This document shows positions 50,463 to 61,129 of a DNA stretch of 64,000 bases, piece by piece. The notes beneath the pieces were generated by a model. It was not told the DNA's origin and did no database searches. It saw only the letters and a program-made list of their open reading frames with translations. The stretch comes from an uncultured Clostridia bacterium. GTDB taxonomy: Bacteria; Bacillota; Clostridia; TANB77; CAG-508. The translations under genes and the position numbers were made by a program. Position 1 is the first letter of the stretch. Each line of letters begins with the position of its first letter. The stretch is taken from positions 4,417-68,416 of the forward strand of contig CAKPAW010000002.1 in NCBI GenBank assembly GCA_934133165.1, written 5' to 3'.

Positions 50463-51836
50463 CTATTTTACATCTCTATTTATAATATAGAATCTAATTC
50501 CTAAAGCGATAACGGCAACTAGTGTAATTCCAATAAATATATATAAAGTATTAGTATCACCTGTTTGAGGTATTGTTGTATTTGCTGTAGTTGTATCTTG
50601 TGTTAGTCTAACTTTAGGTGTAACTTTTGATACTAAAGTATTTGTTCCATCATCTGTTTTTATTTCATTTGCAGTAATTTCAACTTTTTCATTAGTATTT
50701 AGTATAACATTAAGAATTTTAGAATCTATGTTATCTTTAACTTTTAATTTATAAGAAACAGTAGCTGTCTCTTTTGGTTCTAATTTATCAATAGTCCAAG
50801 TAATTAAATTATTTTGTAAATCTATAGTTGGTGAAATTGTTCCTTTAGTAGGCTCTGTAACATATGAAAAATCAAAGTTATCTACAATTTCTTGTGGAAA
50901 ATAATCATAAATTTTTAAATCTGTTAAAGTATTTGAAGATGTATCTTCAAAGTTATTTAAAATTGTAGTACAAATTGTTTCTTCAATTTTACTATCAGGA
51001 ATGTAATAGAATTTTCCAACAGTAGGTTCTGCAGTTGTACCAAATATTTCTTCTGCTAGAGCCTTATAAGTAATTCCTGTAGATGGTTCTTCAACATCTG
51101 GAACACCAGTCATAACAGAGAAAATATTAACGCCAGCTTTATCTAATTCTTTTAATTTAGCAATTGTTTTAGTAGCAGTTTCTCCAGAATATGTTAATGT
51201 AGGTCCACCAACAGCAGTATTTGGAACACCATCTGTTAATAAAACAATGTATTTACATTCACAATCTTTTGTAAAGTTTTGATTAGCTATAGTTAATCCA
51301 GCTTCAATGTTTGTTCTAGGTCCGAATTCAGCAACTTTTATAGAATCTATAGTAGATAAAACAGTAGCTTTGTCAGCACTTGGTTTTAATCTTAATTTTG
51401 CATCTGTAAGAGTTCCTTCTTCATCGCCAGTAGAGAAAGTTGTAATACCAATTTTTACATTTTCATTTTCCATAAGTTTTGTTGCTAATGTTTTAGCAGA
51501 GTCTGTTATTACATCAAATCTAGTAGAAGTTCCAACAGCATCTTTCATGCTTAAAGAGTTATCAATAACAAAAGTAATTTCAGTTGGTTTATTGAATATA
51601 GGTTCTGCTGTATTAGTAACTTTTAGTTCAATAGTTAATTCTTTCTTTTCTAAATCATAAGAAGTAATTTTCTTTTCAAATTTAGCTATATCATTAATAT
51701 TAATAGTACAAATATTATTTTCTACAATTTCAAATTTAGCTTTTTCTGAACTGGTAGTTGCAGCTAAACAAGTAGTAGAAATTAATAAAAGTATAGCTAT
51801 TATAGCAAAAATAAATTTTTTCTTTGTCTTTAACAT
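50463..51836 (-). CDS. sortase-anchored surface protein with vWA domain (C-terminal IPQTG sorting signal)
   Basis: signal peptide; MIDAS 'TFVIDNSLSM'; 'IPQTGDTN' + hydrophobic segment + 'NRDVK' tail. Confidence 0.65.
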   Translation of the reverse strand: MLKTKKKFIFAIIAILLLISTTCLAATTSSEKAKFEIVENNICTININDIAKFEKKITSYDLEKKELTIELKVTNTAEPIFNKPTEITFVIDNSLSMKDAVGTSTRFDVITDSAKTLATKLMENENVKIGITTFSTGDEEGTLTDAKLRLKPSADKATVLSTIDSIKVAEFGPRTNIEAGLTIANQNFTKDCECKYIVLLTDGVPNTAVGGPTLTYSGETATKTIAKLKELDKAGVNIFSVMTGVPDVEEPSTGITYKALAEEIFGTTAEPTVGKFYYIPDSKIEETICTTILNNFEDTSSNTLTDLKIYDYFPQEIVDNFDFSYVTEPTKGTISPTIDLQNNLITWTIDKLEPKETATVSYKLKVKDNIDSKILNVILNTNEKVEITANEIKTDDGTNTLVSKVTPKVRLTQDTTTANTTIPQTGDTNTLYIFIGITLVAVIALGIRFYIINRDVK

Positions 51837-52002
51837 AAAATAATCCCTTCCTTTATTATATTATCTATCGTTTATATTATAATATACGATAATATTATTT
51901 TCAACAAAAAAATTAAAATGAAATAAAATTGTAATATTTAGTGGAAAAAAATAAATAAATATGATATTATGTAGAAACAAAAAAATAAGAGGGAAAATAA
52001 TT

Positions 52003-52656
52003 ATGAAAAACATAATAGGAATAGTATTATCTTACGTATTTATAGCTATTATTATAGTAGCAGCAAAATTCTTTGAAAAAGCAGGAAAAGAAGCAAGTAG
52101 AAAATTTATACACATAATGTTATCTAACTGGTGGTTTTTAGCAATGTACTTTTTTGATAATGTTATTTGGGCAAGTATTGTACCACTTAGCTTTGTTATT
52201 ATAAATTATATATCTTACAAAAAAGATTTAATAAAAGTAATGGAACGAGATGCAAAAGAAAAAGATGGATTAGGAACAGTATATTATGCACTTTCATTAT
52301 TTTTAATATCAATATTTACTTTTGGAATTATAAAAAGACCAGAAATAGGACTATGCTCTATTTTAATAATGGGGTATGGAGATGGATTAGCAGCAATTAT
52401 AGGAAGAAGCATAAAAAGTATGCCTTACAAAGTAGGAAAAACAAAGAAAACAATTGCAGGTTCAGCTACAATGCTATTTATATCATTCTTTATAGTAGCA
52501 ATTTTCTTATGTAGTATACAATCACCATTGTGGTTATTAAAATCAATATTATTAGCAGTAAGCGTAACAATATTAGAGGCAGTTTCTGTAAAAGGAACAG
52601 ATAATATAACAGTTCCAATATTTGCCTGTTTGTTACTAACAACTATGGCAATTTAA
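52003..52656 (+). CDS. CTP-transferase/dolichol-kinase-like (CdsA family) membrane protein
   Basis: 'GYGDGLAAIIGRSIKSMPYKVGKTKKTIAGSATM' family motif; RBS 'agaggg'. Confidence 0.45.
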   Translation: MKNIIGIVLSYVFIAIIIVAAKFFEKAGKEASRKFIHIMLSNWWFLAMYFFDNVIWASIVPLSFVIINYISYKKDLIKVMERDAKEKDGLGTVYYALSLFLISIFTFGIIKRPEIGLCSILIMGYGDGLAAIIGRSIKSMPYKVGKTKKTIAGSATMLFISFFIVAIFLCSIQSPLWLLKSILLAVSVTILEAVSVKGTDNITVPIFACLLLTTMAI

Positions 52657-52688
52657 TAAGAGGCAGTTTTATAATGGGGGAATAAAAA

Positions 52689-54545
52689 ATGATGCAGAAA
52701 ATTTTGGATAGAATAGATAATCCAAAAGATACAAAAAGATTAACAGAAAAAGAAAAAATACAACTTGCTGAAGAAATAAGAGAAGAAATGGTAGAAACTG
52801 TTTCAAAAACAGGTGGACATTTAGCTTCAAACTTGGGCGTAGTAGAATTAACTATTGCACTTCATAGTGTGTTTGATTTACCAGAAGACAAAATTGTGTG
52901 GGATGTAGGACATCAAACTTATGTGCATAAAATGTTGACAGGCAGAAGAGAAAAAATGAATACGCTAAGAAGTTTAAATGGTATAGCAGGTTTTCCAAAA
53001 ACAAAAGAATCTATTTATGATGATTTTAATACAGGACATAGCAGTACTTCTATTTCAGCAGCACTTGGAATGGCAAGAGCAAGAGATTTAAATAATAAAG
53101 ACAATCATGTTATAGCAGTTATTGGAGATGGAGCACTAACAGGAGGAATGGCATTAGAAGCACTAGATGATGCAGGAAGTAGTAAGACAAGACTAATAGT
53201 AATTTTAAATGACAATGAGATGAGTATATCTAAAAATGTAGGTGGAATTTCTAGATTTCTAACAAGAATTAGGACAAAGAAATTCTATAAAAAATCTAAT
53301 AATTGTATTAGAAAATTATTAGAAAAAATACCTAAATTTGGTCCATTTGTAATACATATAGCAAGAAGAATAAAATATAGCATAAAACAACTAATGATAC
53401 CCAATATGTTTTTTGAAGACTTAGGATTCAAATATTTAGGACCAGTAGATGGACATGATATAGAAAGGGTAGAGTGGATTTTAAATTTAGCAAAAAAAGA
53501 AAAAGAGCCAGTAGTAGTACATATTATTACTAAAAAGGGAAAAGGCTATAAACCAGCAGAAGAAAATCCAGATTCTTTCCATTCAGTAGGAAGTTTTAAT
53601 AAAGAAACAGGAAAACTTATTAAAACTAAAGAAAAAGATTATTCACAAGTATTTGGAGATAAGCTAGTAGAACTTGCCGAAAAAAATGAAAAAATAGTAG
53701 CAGTTACAGCAGCTATGGCAGATGGAACAGGACTTAAAGAATTTAAGAAAAAATATCCAAAAAGATTTTTTGATGTAGGTATAGCAGAACAACATTCCGT
53801 ATGTATGGCAGCAGGAATGGCAAAGGAAGGTTTTATACCAGTTGTACCAATATATTCATCTTTTTATCAAAGAGCATTTGACCAAGTAATACATGATGTA
53901 TGTATGCAAAACTTACCAGTTGTAATGTGCGTAGATAGAGCAGGCTTAGTAGGGCAAGATGGAGAAACACACCAAGGAATGTTTGACTTGTCATTCTTTA
54001 ATTTAATACCAAACATTACTATAATGGCACCAAAAGATTTTAAAGAATTAGAAGAAATGCTTGAATTTGCAATAAATTTAAAAGCACCAGTTGTTATACG
54101 TTATCCACGTGGTACAGAAAGCAAAAAAATAAAATTTGATAAGCAGGAAAAAATAGAATTAGGAAAATCAGAAATTTTAACACAAGGGGAAGATATAACA
54201 ATAGTGGCAATTGGTAAAATGGTAGCAAAGGCTTTTGAAGTAAAAGAAGAATTAGAAAAAGAAGGAAAAACAGCGGAAGTAATAAATGCTAGATTTTTAA
54301 AGCCATTTGATGAGCAAACTATAATAAATTCTATGAGAAAAACAAAAAATATAATAACTTTAGAAGACAATACAATAATAGGTGGTTTAGCTTCAAAAGT
54401 GGAAGAACTAGTAAGCAAAAATAAAGAAAACAATATACAATTTAAAGCATTTGGATTACCAGACAAATTTATAGAACATGGCAAAGTAGAAGAACTAGAA
54501 GAAATGTATAAACTAGATGCAAAAAGCATAGCAAAGGAAATTTAA
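52689..54545 (+). CDS. dxs: 1-deoxy-D-xylulose-5-phosphate synthase
   Basis: 618 aa; 'GGHLASNLGVVELTIALH', TPP-binding 'GDGALTGGMA'. Confidence 0.9.
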   Translation: MMQKILDRIDNPKDTKRLTEKEKIQLAEEIREEMVETVSKTGGHLASNLGVVELTIALHSVFDLPEDKIVWDVGHQTYVHKMLTGRREKMNTLRSLNGIAGFPKTKESIYDDFNTGHSSTSISAALGMARARDLNNKDNHVIAVIGDGALTGGMALEALDDAGSSKTRLIVILNDNEMSISKNVGGISRFLTRIRTKKFYKKSNNCIRKLLEKIPKFGPFVIHIARRIKYSIKQLMIPNMFFEDLGFKYLGPVDGHDIERVEWILNLAKKEKEPVVVHIITKKGKGYKPAEENPDSFHSVGSFNKETGKLIKTKEKDYSQVFGDKLVELAEKNEKIVAVTAAMADGTGLKEFKKKYPKRFFDVGIAEQHSVCMAAGMAKEGFIPVVPIYSSFYQRAFDQVIHDVCMQNLPVVMCVDRAGLVGQDGETHQGMFDLSFFNLIPNITIMAPKDFKELEEMLEFAINLKAPVVIRYPRGTESKKIKFDKQEKIELGKSEILTQGEDITIVAIGKMVAKAFEVKEELEKEGKTAEVINARFLKPFDEQTIINSMRKTKNIITLEDNTIIGGLASKVEELVSKNKENNIQFKAFGLPDKFIEHGKVEELEEMYKLDAKSIAKEI

Positions 54546-54551
54546 AAAAGT

Positions 54552-55346
54552 ATGGATAGAAATGTTTTAAACAAATACAAAAAAGAAGATGAAAAATTAA
54601 TCTTATCTAAAGTAATGGATAAGATTAATTTTTGTGAGACCAGAAATAAAATACAGGTAACAGATTTTTTTGACTTAGGGCAAAAACAATTAATATATAA
54701 TTTTTTAAACAGTCAAAAGGTCAAAAATTATATATTTTATGGTGGATTTGAAGAAGCAGAACGAGTATTAACAGTATTTTATCCAGAAAAATTAGAAGAT
54801 TTAATACAAAATATAAATTTTAATGAATATATAAAAGTAATTCGTATTACACTTCCAAATGAAAATAAAGGGAAATATGCTCATCAAAATTATTTAGGTG
54901 CATTAATGAAACTAGGGTTAAAGCGAGAAAAAATAGGAGATATATTAGTAGATGAAAATGGTGCAGATATTATAATAAAAGAAGATATATTAAAATTTCT
55001 TATTACAAATCTTCCACAACTCACTAGATTTCAAAAATCAGAAATAGAAGAAATTAAATTAGAAGAATTAAGAAAAGCTGTAATACAAAAGGAGAAAATG
55101 ACAATAACAGTTTCTTCTATGAGAATAGATAATATAGTGGCAGAACTTGCAAAATGCTCTAGAAATAAAGCAAATGAATTATTAGAACAAGAAAGAGTTT
55201 TTGTAAATTATGAAGTAATAACAAAACCTACAAAGCAAATAAAAGAAGATGATAAAATAACTATAAGAGGAAAAGGAAGATTTGAAGTAAAACAAATTTT
55301 AGGAAATACTAGAAAAGGTAGAATAATGGTTGAAATAGAAAAATAA
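54552..55346 (+). CDS. YlmH-like RNA-binding (S4-domain) protein
   Basis: 264 aa; C-terminal S4-like region; family call by N-terminal resemblance only. Confidence 0.4.
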   Translation: MDRNVLNKYKKEDEKLILSKVMDKINFCETRNKIQVTDFFDLGQKQLIYNFLNSQKVKNYIFYGGFEEAERVLTVFYPEKLEDLIQNINFNEYIKVIRITLPNENKGKYAHQNYLGALMKLGLKREKIGDILVDENGADIIIKEDILKFLITNLPQLTRFQKSEIEEIKLEELRKAVIQKEKMTITVSSMRIDNIVAELAKCSRNKANELLEQERVFVNYEVITKPTKQIKEDDKITIRGKGRFEVKQILGNTRKGRIMVEIEK

Positions 55347-55622
55347 GAGAATGTCGAAATTTGTCTTACGATTTTTCTTGATTTTCAGGTAAAATCATGC
55401 TAGTATAAGGTCATGCAATTTATTTGACAATTGCATGACTAATTTTATTTTTTATAAAGCAACTTAGGAAGAGACAGAAATTTTAATTAATAATCTAGTT
55501 TATTTATTTTAAAATTATTTCTAAAAAGATTTAAGATTAAATATTAGGAATTCAAAATTAAAGATTCAAGTTTCAAGTTTCAAATATTAAATTTAAAAAT
55601 CAAAATTAAATCTAAAAAAATA

Positions 55623-55677
55623 GAATCAAGATTTTATACGCAGTGCAAACTGCTACAAAATCTAAATTCTGCCATAT
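55623..55677. repeat. intergenic repeat family 2, copy 2 (inverted orientation relative to 31634-31689)
   Basis: reverse complement 'atatggcagaatttagattttgtagcagtttgcactgcgtataaaatcttgattct'. Confidence 0.7.
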
Positions 55678-55689
55678 TTATCTTCTACA

Positions 55690-55716
55690 GAAAGTTATCA
55701 TACTATGATAACTTTC
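55690..55716. promoter_or_regulatory. 13-bp-arm perfect palindrome GAAAGTTATCATA-C-TATGATAACTTTC (operator-like)
   Basis: seen directly, ~160 bp upstream of the Rpn-family gene. Confidence 0.4.
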
Positions 55717-55877
55717 CTAGAATCTAAAAAATATCCAAGATTACAAAAATAGAATAAAGGAGGGAGGCTAATTTTATAGTATGTTATTGTCAATGAAATT
55801 GTAAATAATTAATAAATATTTACTAAAAAGTATTGTTAAGAACAAATATATTTAGTATAATTAGAAAGGAAAAGCCT

Positions 55878-56786
55878 ATGGCAAATGAAAGACAAGAAGA
55901 ATTACAATTCCAAACAAAAGAGAAAAAATACAATTTAAAAAATGATGTAATATTCCAAACATTCTTTAGTCGTAAAGGAAATGAAGAGTTTCTAATAGAC
56001 TTTTTAAATGCACTATTGAATAAAGATATAAAATCCATAGAGGTACGAGAAGAAGTAAATTTAGAAAGATTAAGCAAAGAAGAAAAAGGTGGAAGACTAG
56101 ACTTACAAGCAAAATTAGAAGATGGAACAATAATATCAATAGAAATGCAACTAAGAAACGAATATAATATAGAAGAAAGAACTACGCTATATAGTGGAAA
56201 GGTAATATCAAGAGAAACTGAAAGAGGAACAGACTACGAAGATATAAATCAAGTAATAATGATAAACATATTAGGGTATAATTTCTTAAAGATAGAAGAT
56301 TACATATCAGAGACAGCAATAGTGTTAGAGAAGCATAGAGACTATGAAGTGCTAACAGGATTAAAGTGGTATTTTATAGAGCTACCAAAGTTTAGAAAGC
56401 AAAATCCAGATATGAATGAAAAAATAAATCAATGGTTAGCATTTATAGATGATTATAATAAGGAGATGATCAAGGTGGCAGAAGAAAAAAATGATAAACT
56501 AAAAAAAGCAAGAATTGAAATGAACTATTTAACAGGAGATGCAGAAGTAAGAAGACTAGCCGAATTAAGAGAGAAATGGGAAATGGATAGAATAAGTGCT
56601 ATTAATCATGCCACAAGAAAAGGAAAAGAAATACGGGGAAAAAATACGGAGAAAGAAAACGGAAGAATAGAAGAAAGAAAAGAAGTAGCAAAAGAAATGA
56701 TAAAAAAAGGTTTGGATATTAATTTGATATGTGAAATTACAAAATTAACAAAAGAAGAAATAATGAAAATAGAAAACGAAAAATAA
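55878..56786 (+). CDS. Rpn-family recombination-promoting nuclease / putative transposase (PD-(D/E)XK, YhgA-like)
   Basis: 'KNDVIFQTFFSRKGNEEFLIDFLNALL...GGRLDLQAKLEDGTIISIEMQ' typical of the family. Confidence 0.6.
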   Translation: MANERQEELQFQTKEKKYNLKNDVIFQTFFSRKGNEEFLIDFLNALLNKDIKSIEVREEVNLERLSKEEKGGRLDLQAKLEDGTIISIEMQLRNEYNIEERTTLYSGKVISRETERGTDYEDINQVIMINILGYNFLKIEDYISETAIVLEKHRDYEVLTGLKWYFIELPKFRKQNPDMNEKINQWLAFIDDYNKEMIKVAEEKNDKLKKARIEMNYLTGDAEVRRLAELREKWEMDRISAINHATRKGKEIRGKNTEKENGRIEERKEVAKEMIKKGLDINLICEITKLTKEEIMKIENEK

Positions 56787-56882
56787 CACATAATGTAAAA
56801 AACAAAAAAATTTGCTCTAAAAATTGACAAAAAATGATATATCAAATATAATGAAAGTATAAAAATAAAAGGAGGAAAAAAT

Positions 56883-57202
56883 ATGGGAATAGCTGATTAA
56901 TTTTAGGAATTATATCACTTATAATAGGATTTATACCATTATGTGGATCAATAGCATTACTTCCAGCAATAATTGGTTTAATCTTAGGAATAGTAGATAC
57001 AGTTCTAAAAAAGAAAAAAGGTGAAAAAATAGCAGTTTCTGTAACTGGTTTAGTATTATCAGCAATAGCAGTTGTTGTAATAATATTCTGGGTGTTTGTA
57101 TTTGGAGCAGTTGCAAGTAATATTGATACTAACAATATAAACGAAACAACAGGAAACTTGTTAACATATTTAAATGAATGGTCTGCTACATACGAATACT
57201 AG
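56883..57202 (+). pseudogene. DUF4190-like small membrane protein, apparent frameshift after codon 5
   Basis: strong RBS 'aaggagga' + ATG gives MGIAD*; the -1 frame continues 'LILGIISLIIGFIPLCGSIALLPAIIGLILGIV...' (two TM helices) without any in-frame ATG. Confidence 0.4.
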
Positions 57203-57617
57203 AATAAATAGGATAACAAAATTTATAAAAAAGAATTATATTTATGTGAATATTACATTTATATTAATTTCCATATATATAATTCTTTTTCCTATTATAC
57301 AAATTCCCATAAAAGCAATTTTTCCTAGATTTAATGAATGTACATATTTAAGAACTACTGGTAAGCCATGTCCATTATGTGGTGGGACAAGGTATATTCA
57401 AAATTTACCAAAAGTATTTGATGATATAACATATCTATTTAATCCTTTTGGAGTAATAATGATATGTATATTTTTAGAGATTATATATAGAACATATAAT
57501 TTAATGACAAGAAAAAAAGAAAAAACAGAAAAATATATAAAAATAGACATAACAATACATTTAATAGAACTAATAGCTTTAGCTCTTTATGAAATAATAT
57601 TTTTGATAAGTAATTAG
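57174..57617 (+). CDS. DUF2752-family membrane protein (CPLCGGTR motif)
   Basis: 'GKPCPLCGGTRYI' signature; start uncertain (ATG 57174 or GTG 57246). Confidence 0.5.
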   Translation: MNGLLHTNTRINRITKFIKKNYIYVNITFILISIYIILFPIIQIPIKAIFPRFNECTYLRTTGKPCPLCGGTRYIQNLPKVFDDITYLFNPFGVIMICIFLEIIYRTYNLMTRKKEKTEKYIKIDITIHLIELIALALYEIIFLISN

Positions 57618-57755
57618 AAAAAGTACTATAAAATTGTTGAAAATAGTGATATTCTGTGTTAAAATATGAAATACAAAAGGTTATAAACCTTTCGGAAAAA
57701 TTTCGGGAGGTAACAAAATGACCTCCTGAAAAAACTATTAATAGGAGGGAAAAAA

Positions 57756-58040
57756 ATGAAGATGTATTTTGATGCAGATGAAGAAGTAAAGGTAAGAAGA
57801 TACGGAAATACTCATTTAGTATCTAAAAACAAATTAGCAGATTTTTTAACAGCAGAGGAGGATGAAGACAATTTAGAATCAAGTACAGCTTCTAGCTTAG
57901 AGAATACTGTTATGTTAGGATATTTGCCATTTATAATGTCAATCACAATGACAAAAGAAAATCCTAATATCATTACATTATCTCCTATTAAAGTTAGAAT
58001 GGAGATAAGCGATAAACTTGCAGAATTTCTTGTATCATAG
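57756..58040 (+). CDS. hypothetical protein (94 aa)
   Basis: RBS 'aggaggg'; no family recognised. Confidence 0.35.
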   Translation: MKMYFDADEEVKVRRYGNTHLVSKNKLADFLTAEEDEDNLESSTASSLENTVMLGYLPFIMSITMTKENPNIITLSPIKVRMEISDKLAEFLVS

Positions 58041-58086
58041 CATAAAAAAGAGAACTTTATTTAGTTAATTATAAGGTTCTCTTTTT

Positions 58087-58133
58087 TATATAGTAGGAAA
58101 TTTCTCCTAGTAGGAGAAATTTCCTACTATATA
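58087..58133. repeat. 47-bp perfect palindrome (tatatagtaggaaatttctccta-g-taggagaaatttcctactatata)
   Basis: 23-bp arms, exact; lies between a hairpin terminator (58061-58087) and repeat family 3 copy 2. Confidence 0.8.
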
Positions 58134-58197
58134 AATATGGCGAGCCTTAGATTTTCTTAAAATTTATATTTGATAGAAAATCTTAGGCTCGTTTTTT
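58134..58197 (+). repeat. terminator-containing repeat family 3, copy 2 (aaatatggcgagccttagattttcttaaaatttatatttgatagaaaatcttaggctcgttttttt)
   Basis: stem cgagccttagattttc/gaaaatcttaggctcg plus T7. Confidence 0.65.
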
Positions 58198-58261
58198 TGT
58201 TGATTTTAAACAAGTAATATGATAAAATACTTAACAATAATAAAAGATTAGGAGAAAAAAA

Positions 58262-60073
58262 TTGGAAGATAGAAAAAAATACATTAGAAATTTTAGTATA
58301 ATTGCACATATAGATCATGGAAAATCAACTTTAGCAGATAGATTAATAGAAATAACAGGCGTTCTTTCAAAACGTGAGATGGAAGCACAAGTGTTAGATA
58401 ATATGGATATAGAAAAAGAACGAGGAATAACTATTAAATCTCAAGCAGTACGTATGAAATACAAAGCTAAAGATGGAAATGAATATGAACTAAATTTAAT
58501 AGACACACCTGGCCACGTAGACTTCAACTATGAAGTGTCTAGAAGTTTAGCAGCATGTGACGGTGCAGTACTTGTAGTAGATGCAAGCCAAGGAGTAGAA
58601 GCTCAAACACTTGCAAATGTATATTTAGCAATAGATAATAACCTAGAAATTTTACCAGTAATAAATAAAATAGATTTACCAAATGCAAGACCAGACGAAG
58701 TAAAAAAAGAAATAGAAGATATTATAGGAATTCCAGCAATGGATGCACCTTGTATTTCAGCAAAATCTGGACTAAATGTAGAAGAAGTTTTAGAAAGAAT
58801 TGTAACAGATTTACCGGCACCTACAGGAGACGAAAATAAAGCTTTAAAATGTCTAATATTTGATTCTTTGTACAATGATTACAAAGGAGCAATAGCATAT
58901 GTTAGAGTAAAAGATGGAACAGTAAAAGTGGGGGACGAAATAATGCTTATGGCAGCTAAAAAGACTTTTACAGTAACAGAGGTAGGACATTTTGAACCAG
59001 GTACATATGAACCATGTGAGTACTTAGAAGCGGGTGAAGTAGGCTATATTGCAGCAAGTATTAAAAACTTATCAGACATTAGAGTTGGTGATACAATAAC
59101 TTTAAAAAATAGTCCAGCAGAAGAACCTCTTCCAGGGTATAAAAAAGTAAATCCTATGGTATATTGTGGGATATATCCAATGGATGGAAGTGATTACGAA
59201 AACTTAAAAGTAGCATTAGAAAAACTAAAATTAAATGATGCAGCATTAGAATACGAAGCAGAAACTTCAAATGCACTTGGTTTTGGATTTAGATGTGGAT
59301 TTTTAGGTTTGCTTCATTTAGAAATAATAGAAGAAAGACTAGAAAGAGAATTTGACTTAAGCTTAATTACTACTTCACCATCAGTTATATACAAAGTTTA
59401 TAAAACAGACGGGACAATGGTGGAACTATATAATCCATCAGATTTACCGGTTCCAAACGAGATATCATATATGGAAGAACCATTTGTTACAGCAGAAATT
59501 TTAACACCAAAAGAATATGTAGGAAATATAATGGAAATTTGCCAAAACAGACGTGGTAATTATATAGATATGAAATATTTGGATGAAAATAGGGTAAACT
59601 TAATATATGAAATGCCATTAAATGAAATTATATATGATTTCTTTGATCAATTAAAATCAAGAACAAAAGGATATGCATCATTTGATTATGAAATAAAAGA
59701 TTATAGACGTTCAGAATTAGTAAAATTAGATATTTGGGTTAATGGTGAAGGAGTAGATGCATTATCATTTATAGTACATAAAGATTCAAGTTATGAACGT
59801 GGTAAGAAGATGATAGAAAAACTAAAAACAGCAATACCAAGACAATTATTTGCAATACCAATTCAAGCAGTAATTGGAGGAAAAATAATAGCAAGAGAAA
59901 CAATTTCTGCAATGAGAAAAGATGTACTAGCTAAATGCTATGGTGGAGATATTACAAGAAAGAAAAAACTATTAGAAAAACAGAAAAAAGGTAAAAAGAA
60001 GATGCGTCAAATAGGAAATGTAGAAATACCACAAGAAGCATTTTTATCAGTGTTGAAATTAGATGAAGAATAA
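58262..60073 (+). CDS. lepA: translation elongation factor 4
   Basis: '[21 protein letters not shown]' G1 motif, 'DTPGHVDF'; TTG start with RBS 'aggag'. Confidence 0.9.
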   Translation: MEDRKKYIRNFSIIAHIDHGKSTLADRLIEITGVLSKREMEAQVLDNMDIEKERGITIKSQAVRMKYKAKDGNEYELNLIDTPGHVDFNYEVSRSLAACDGAVLVVDASQGVEAQTLANVYLAIDNNLEILPVINKIDLPNARPDEVKKEIEDIIGIPAMDAPCISAKSGLNVEEVLERIVTDLPAPTGDENKALKCLIFDSLYNDYKGAIAYVRVKDGTVKVGDEIMLMAAKKTFTVTEVGHFEPGTYEPCEYLEAGEVGYIAASIKNLSDIRVGDTITLKNSPAEEPLPGYKKVNPMVYCGIYPMDGSDYENLKVALEKLKLNDAALEYEAETSNALGFGFRCGFLGLLHLEIIEERLEREFDLSLITTSPSVIYKVYKTDGTMVELYNPSDLPVPNEISYMEEPFVTAEILTPKEYVGNIMEICQNRRGNYIDMKYLDENRVNLIYEMPLNEIIYDFFDQLKSRTKGYASFDYEIKDYRRSELVKLDIWVNGEGVDALSFIVHKDSSYERGKKMIEKLKTAIPRQLFAIPIQAVIGGKIIARETISAMRKDVLAKCYGGDITRKKKLLEKQKKGKKKMRQIGNVEIPQEAFLSVLKLDEE

Positions 60074-60253
60074 GTTTTATATTGTATAAGTTACCTAAGG
60101 TAAAAAAGAGAAAAAGAGTACTAATAAGTACCCCTTCTCAAGCAATATTTAGTTTTTAGTTGCTGATAAAATTTTGCGTTAGCAAAATGATATACATATA
60201 TAATAACATAAAATTATGTAAAATACAAGAAAGAGAAAGGATTTTGTAGAAAA

Positions 60254-61075
60254 ATGTCAAAAAATGAAAAGTACAATGAACAAAGAATGCAAAAAAAGAA
60301 ACAAAATAACCAAAAGGGACAGATTAACCAAAAGGAAACGTCCCCAAAGGAGCAGGTAGAAGGAAGAAATGCTGTTTTAGAATTACTGGAGTCTGGAAAA
60401 GATATAAATAAAATATACATAGAATCTGGTGAAAAAACTGGATCAATAAATAAAATAATAGCATTAGCAAAAGAAAATAAAGTATTAATAAGCTACATAG
60501 ATAAAAACAAAATGAGGCAAATGGCAATAACAGAAAACTATCAGGGAGTAATAGCAGTTGTACCACCTTATGAATATGTAGAAGTAGAAGATATATTACA
60601 AGAGGCAAAAGACAAAAATGAAGATCCTTTTGTTGTAATATTGGACGGAATAGAAGATATTCATAATTTGGGAGCAATAATAAGAACAGCAGAAACTGCT
60701 GGAGTGCATGGAATAATAATTCCTAAGAGGAGAGCAGCATCTGTAAATGCTACAGTAAATAAAGTGTCTGCAGGGGCTGTAGAACATATGAAAATAGCAA
60801 GAGTAAATAATTTAAATGAAACAATAAAAGAACTAAAAGAATCAGGACTTTGGATTTGTGGTACAGACATGGATACAGAAACTTATTATTATAATCAAGA
60901 TTTAAAAGGGCCACTTGCAATAGTAATTGGAAGTGAGGGCTTTGGAATGAGCAGACTTGTAAAAGAAAATTGTGACTTTATAGTAAAAATTCCTATGAAA
61001 GGTAAAATAACATCTTTAAATGCTTCAGTATCAGCAGGAATAGTTATATATGAAGCAGTAAAACAAAGAAATTAA
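60254..61075 (+). CDS. rlmB: 23S rRNA 2'-O-methyltransferase, TrmH/SpoU family (RlmB-like) with N-terminal basic extension containing mini-repeat copy E
   Basis: SpoU substrate-binding 'EGRNAVLELLESGKDINKIYI', methylase motifs 'ILDGIEDIHNLGAIIRTA', 'GSEGFGMS'. Confidence 0.8.
   Translation: MSKNEKYNEQRMQKKKQNNQKGQINQKETSPKEQVEGRNAVLELLESGKDINKIYIESGEKTGSINKIIALAKENKVLISYIDKNKMRQMAITENYQGVIAVVPPYEYVEVEDILQEAKDKNEDPFVVILDGIEDIHNLGAIIRTAETAGVHGIIIPKRRAASVNATVNKVSAGAVEHMKIARVNNLNETIKELKESGLWICGTDMDTETYYYNQDLKGPLAIVIGSEGFGMSRLVKENCDFIVKIPMKGKITSLNASVSAGIVIYEAVKQRN
60311..60350 (+). repeat. mini-repeat copy E inside the rlmB N-terminal coding region (caaaagggacagattaaccaaaaggaaacgtccccaaagg), encoding KGQINQKETSPKE
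   Basis: seen directly. Confidence 0.65.
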
Positions 61076-61129
61076 ATAATCATGTTTTGTGTTATTAAAA
61101 TCTAATAAAAATCAAAGGAGGAAACAAAA

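Noticed and set aside
55380-55620. Low-complexity 'ttcaag/ttcaaa' reiterations upstream of repeat family 2 copy 2
   Set aside because: They are AT-rich simple sequence without clear periodicity or pairing partners. Probably compositional.
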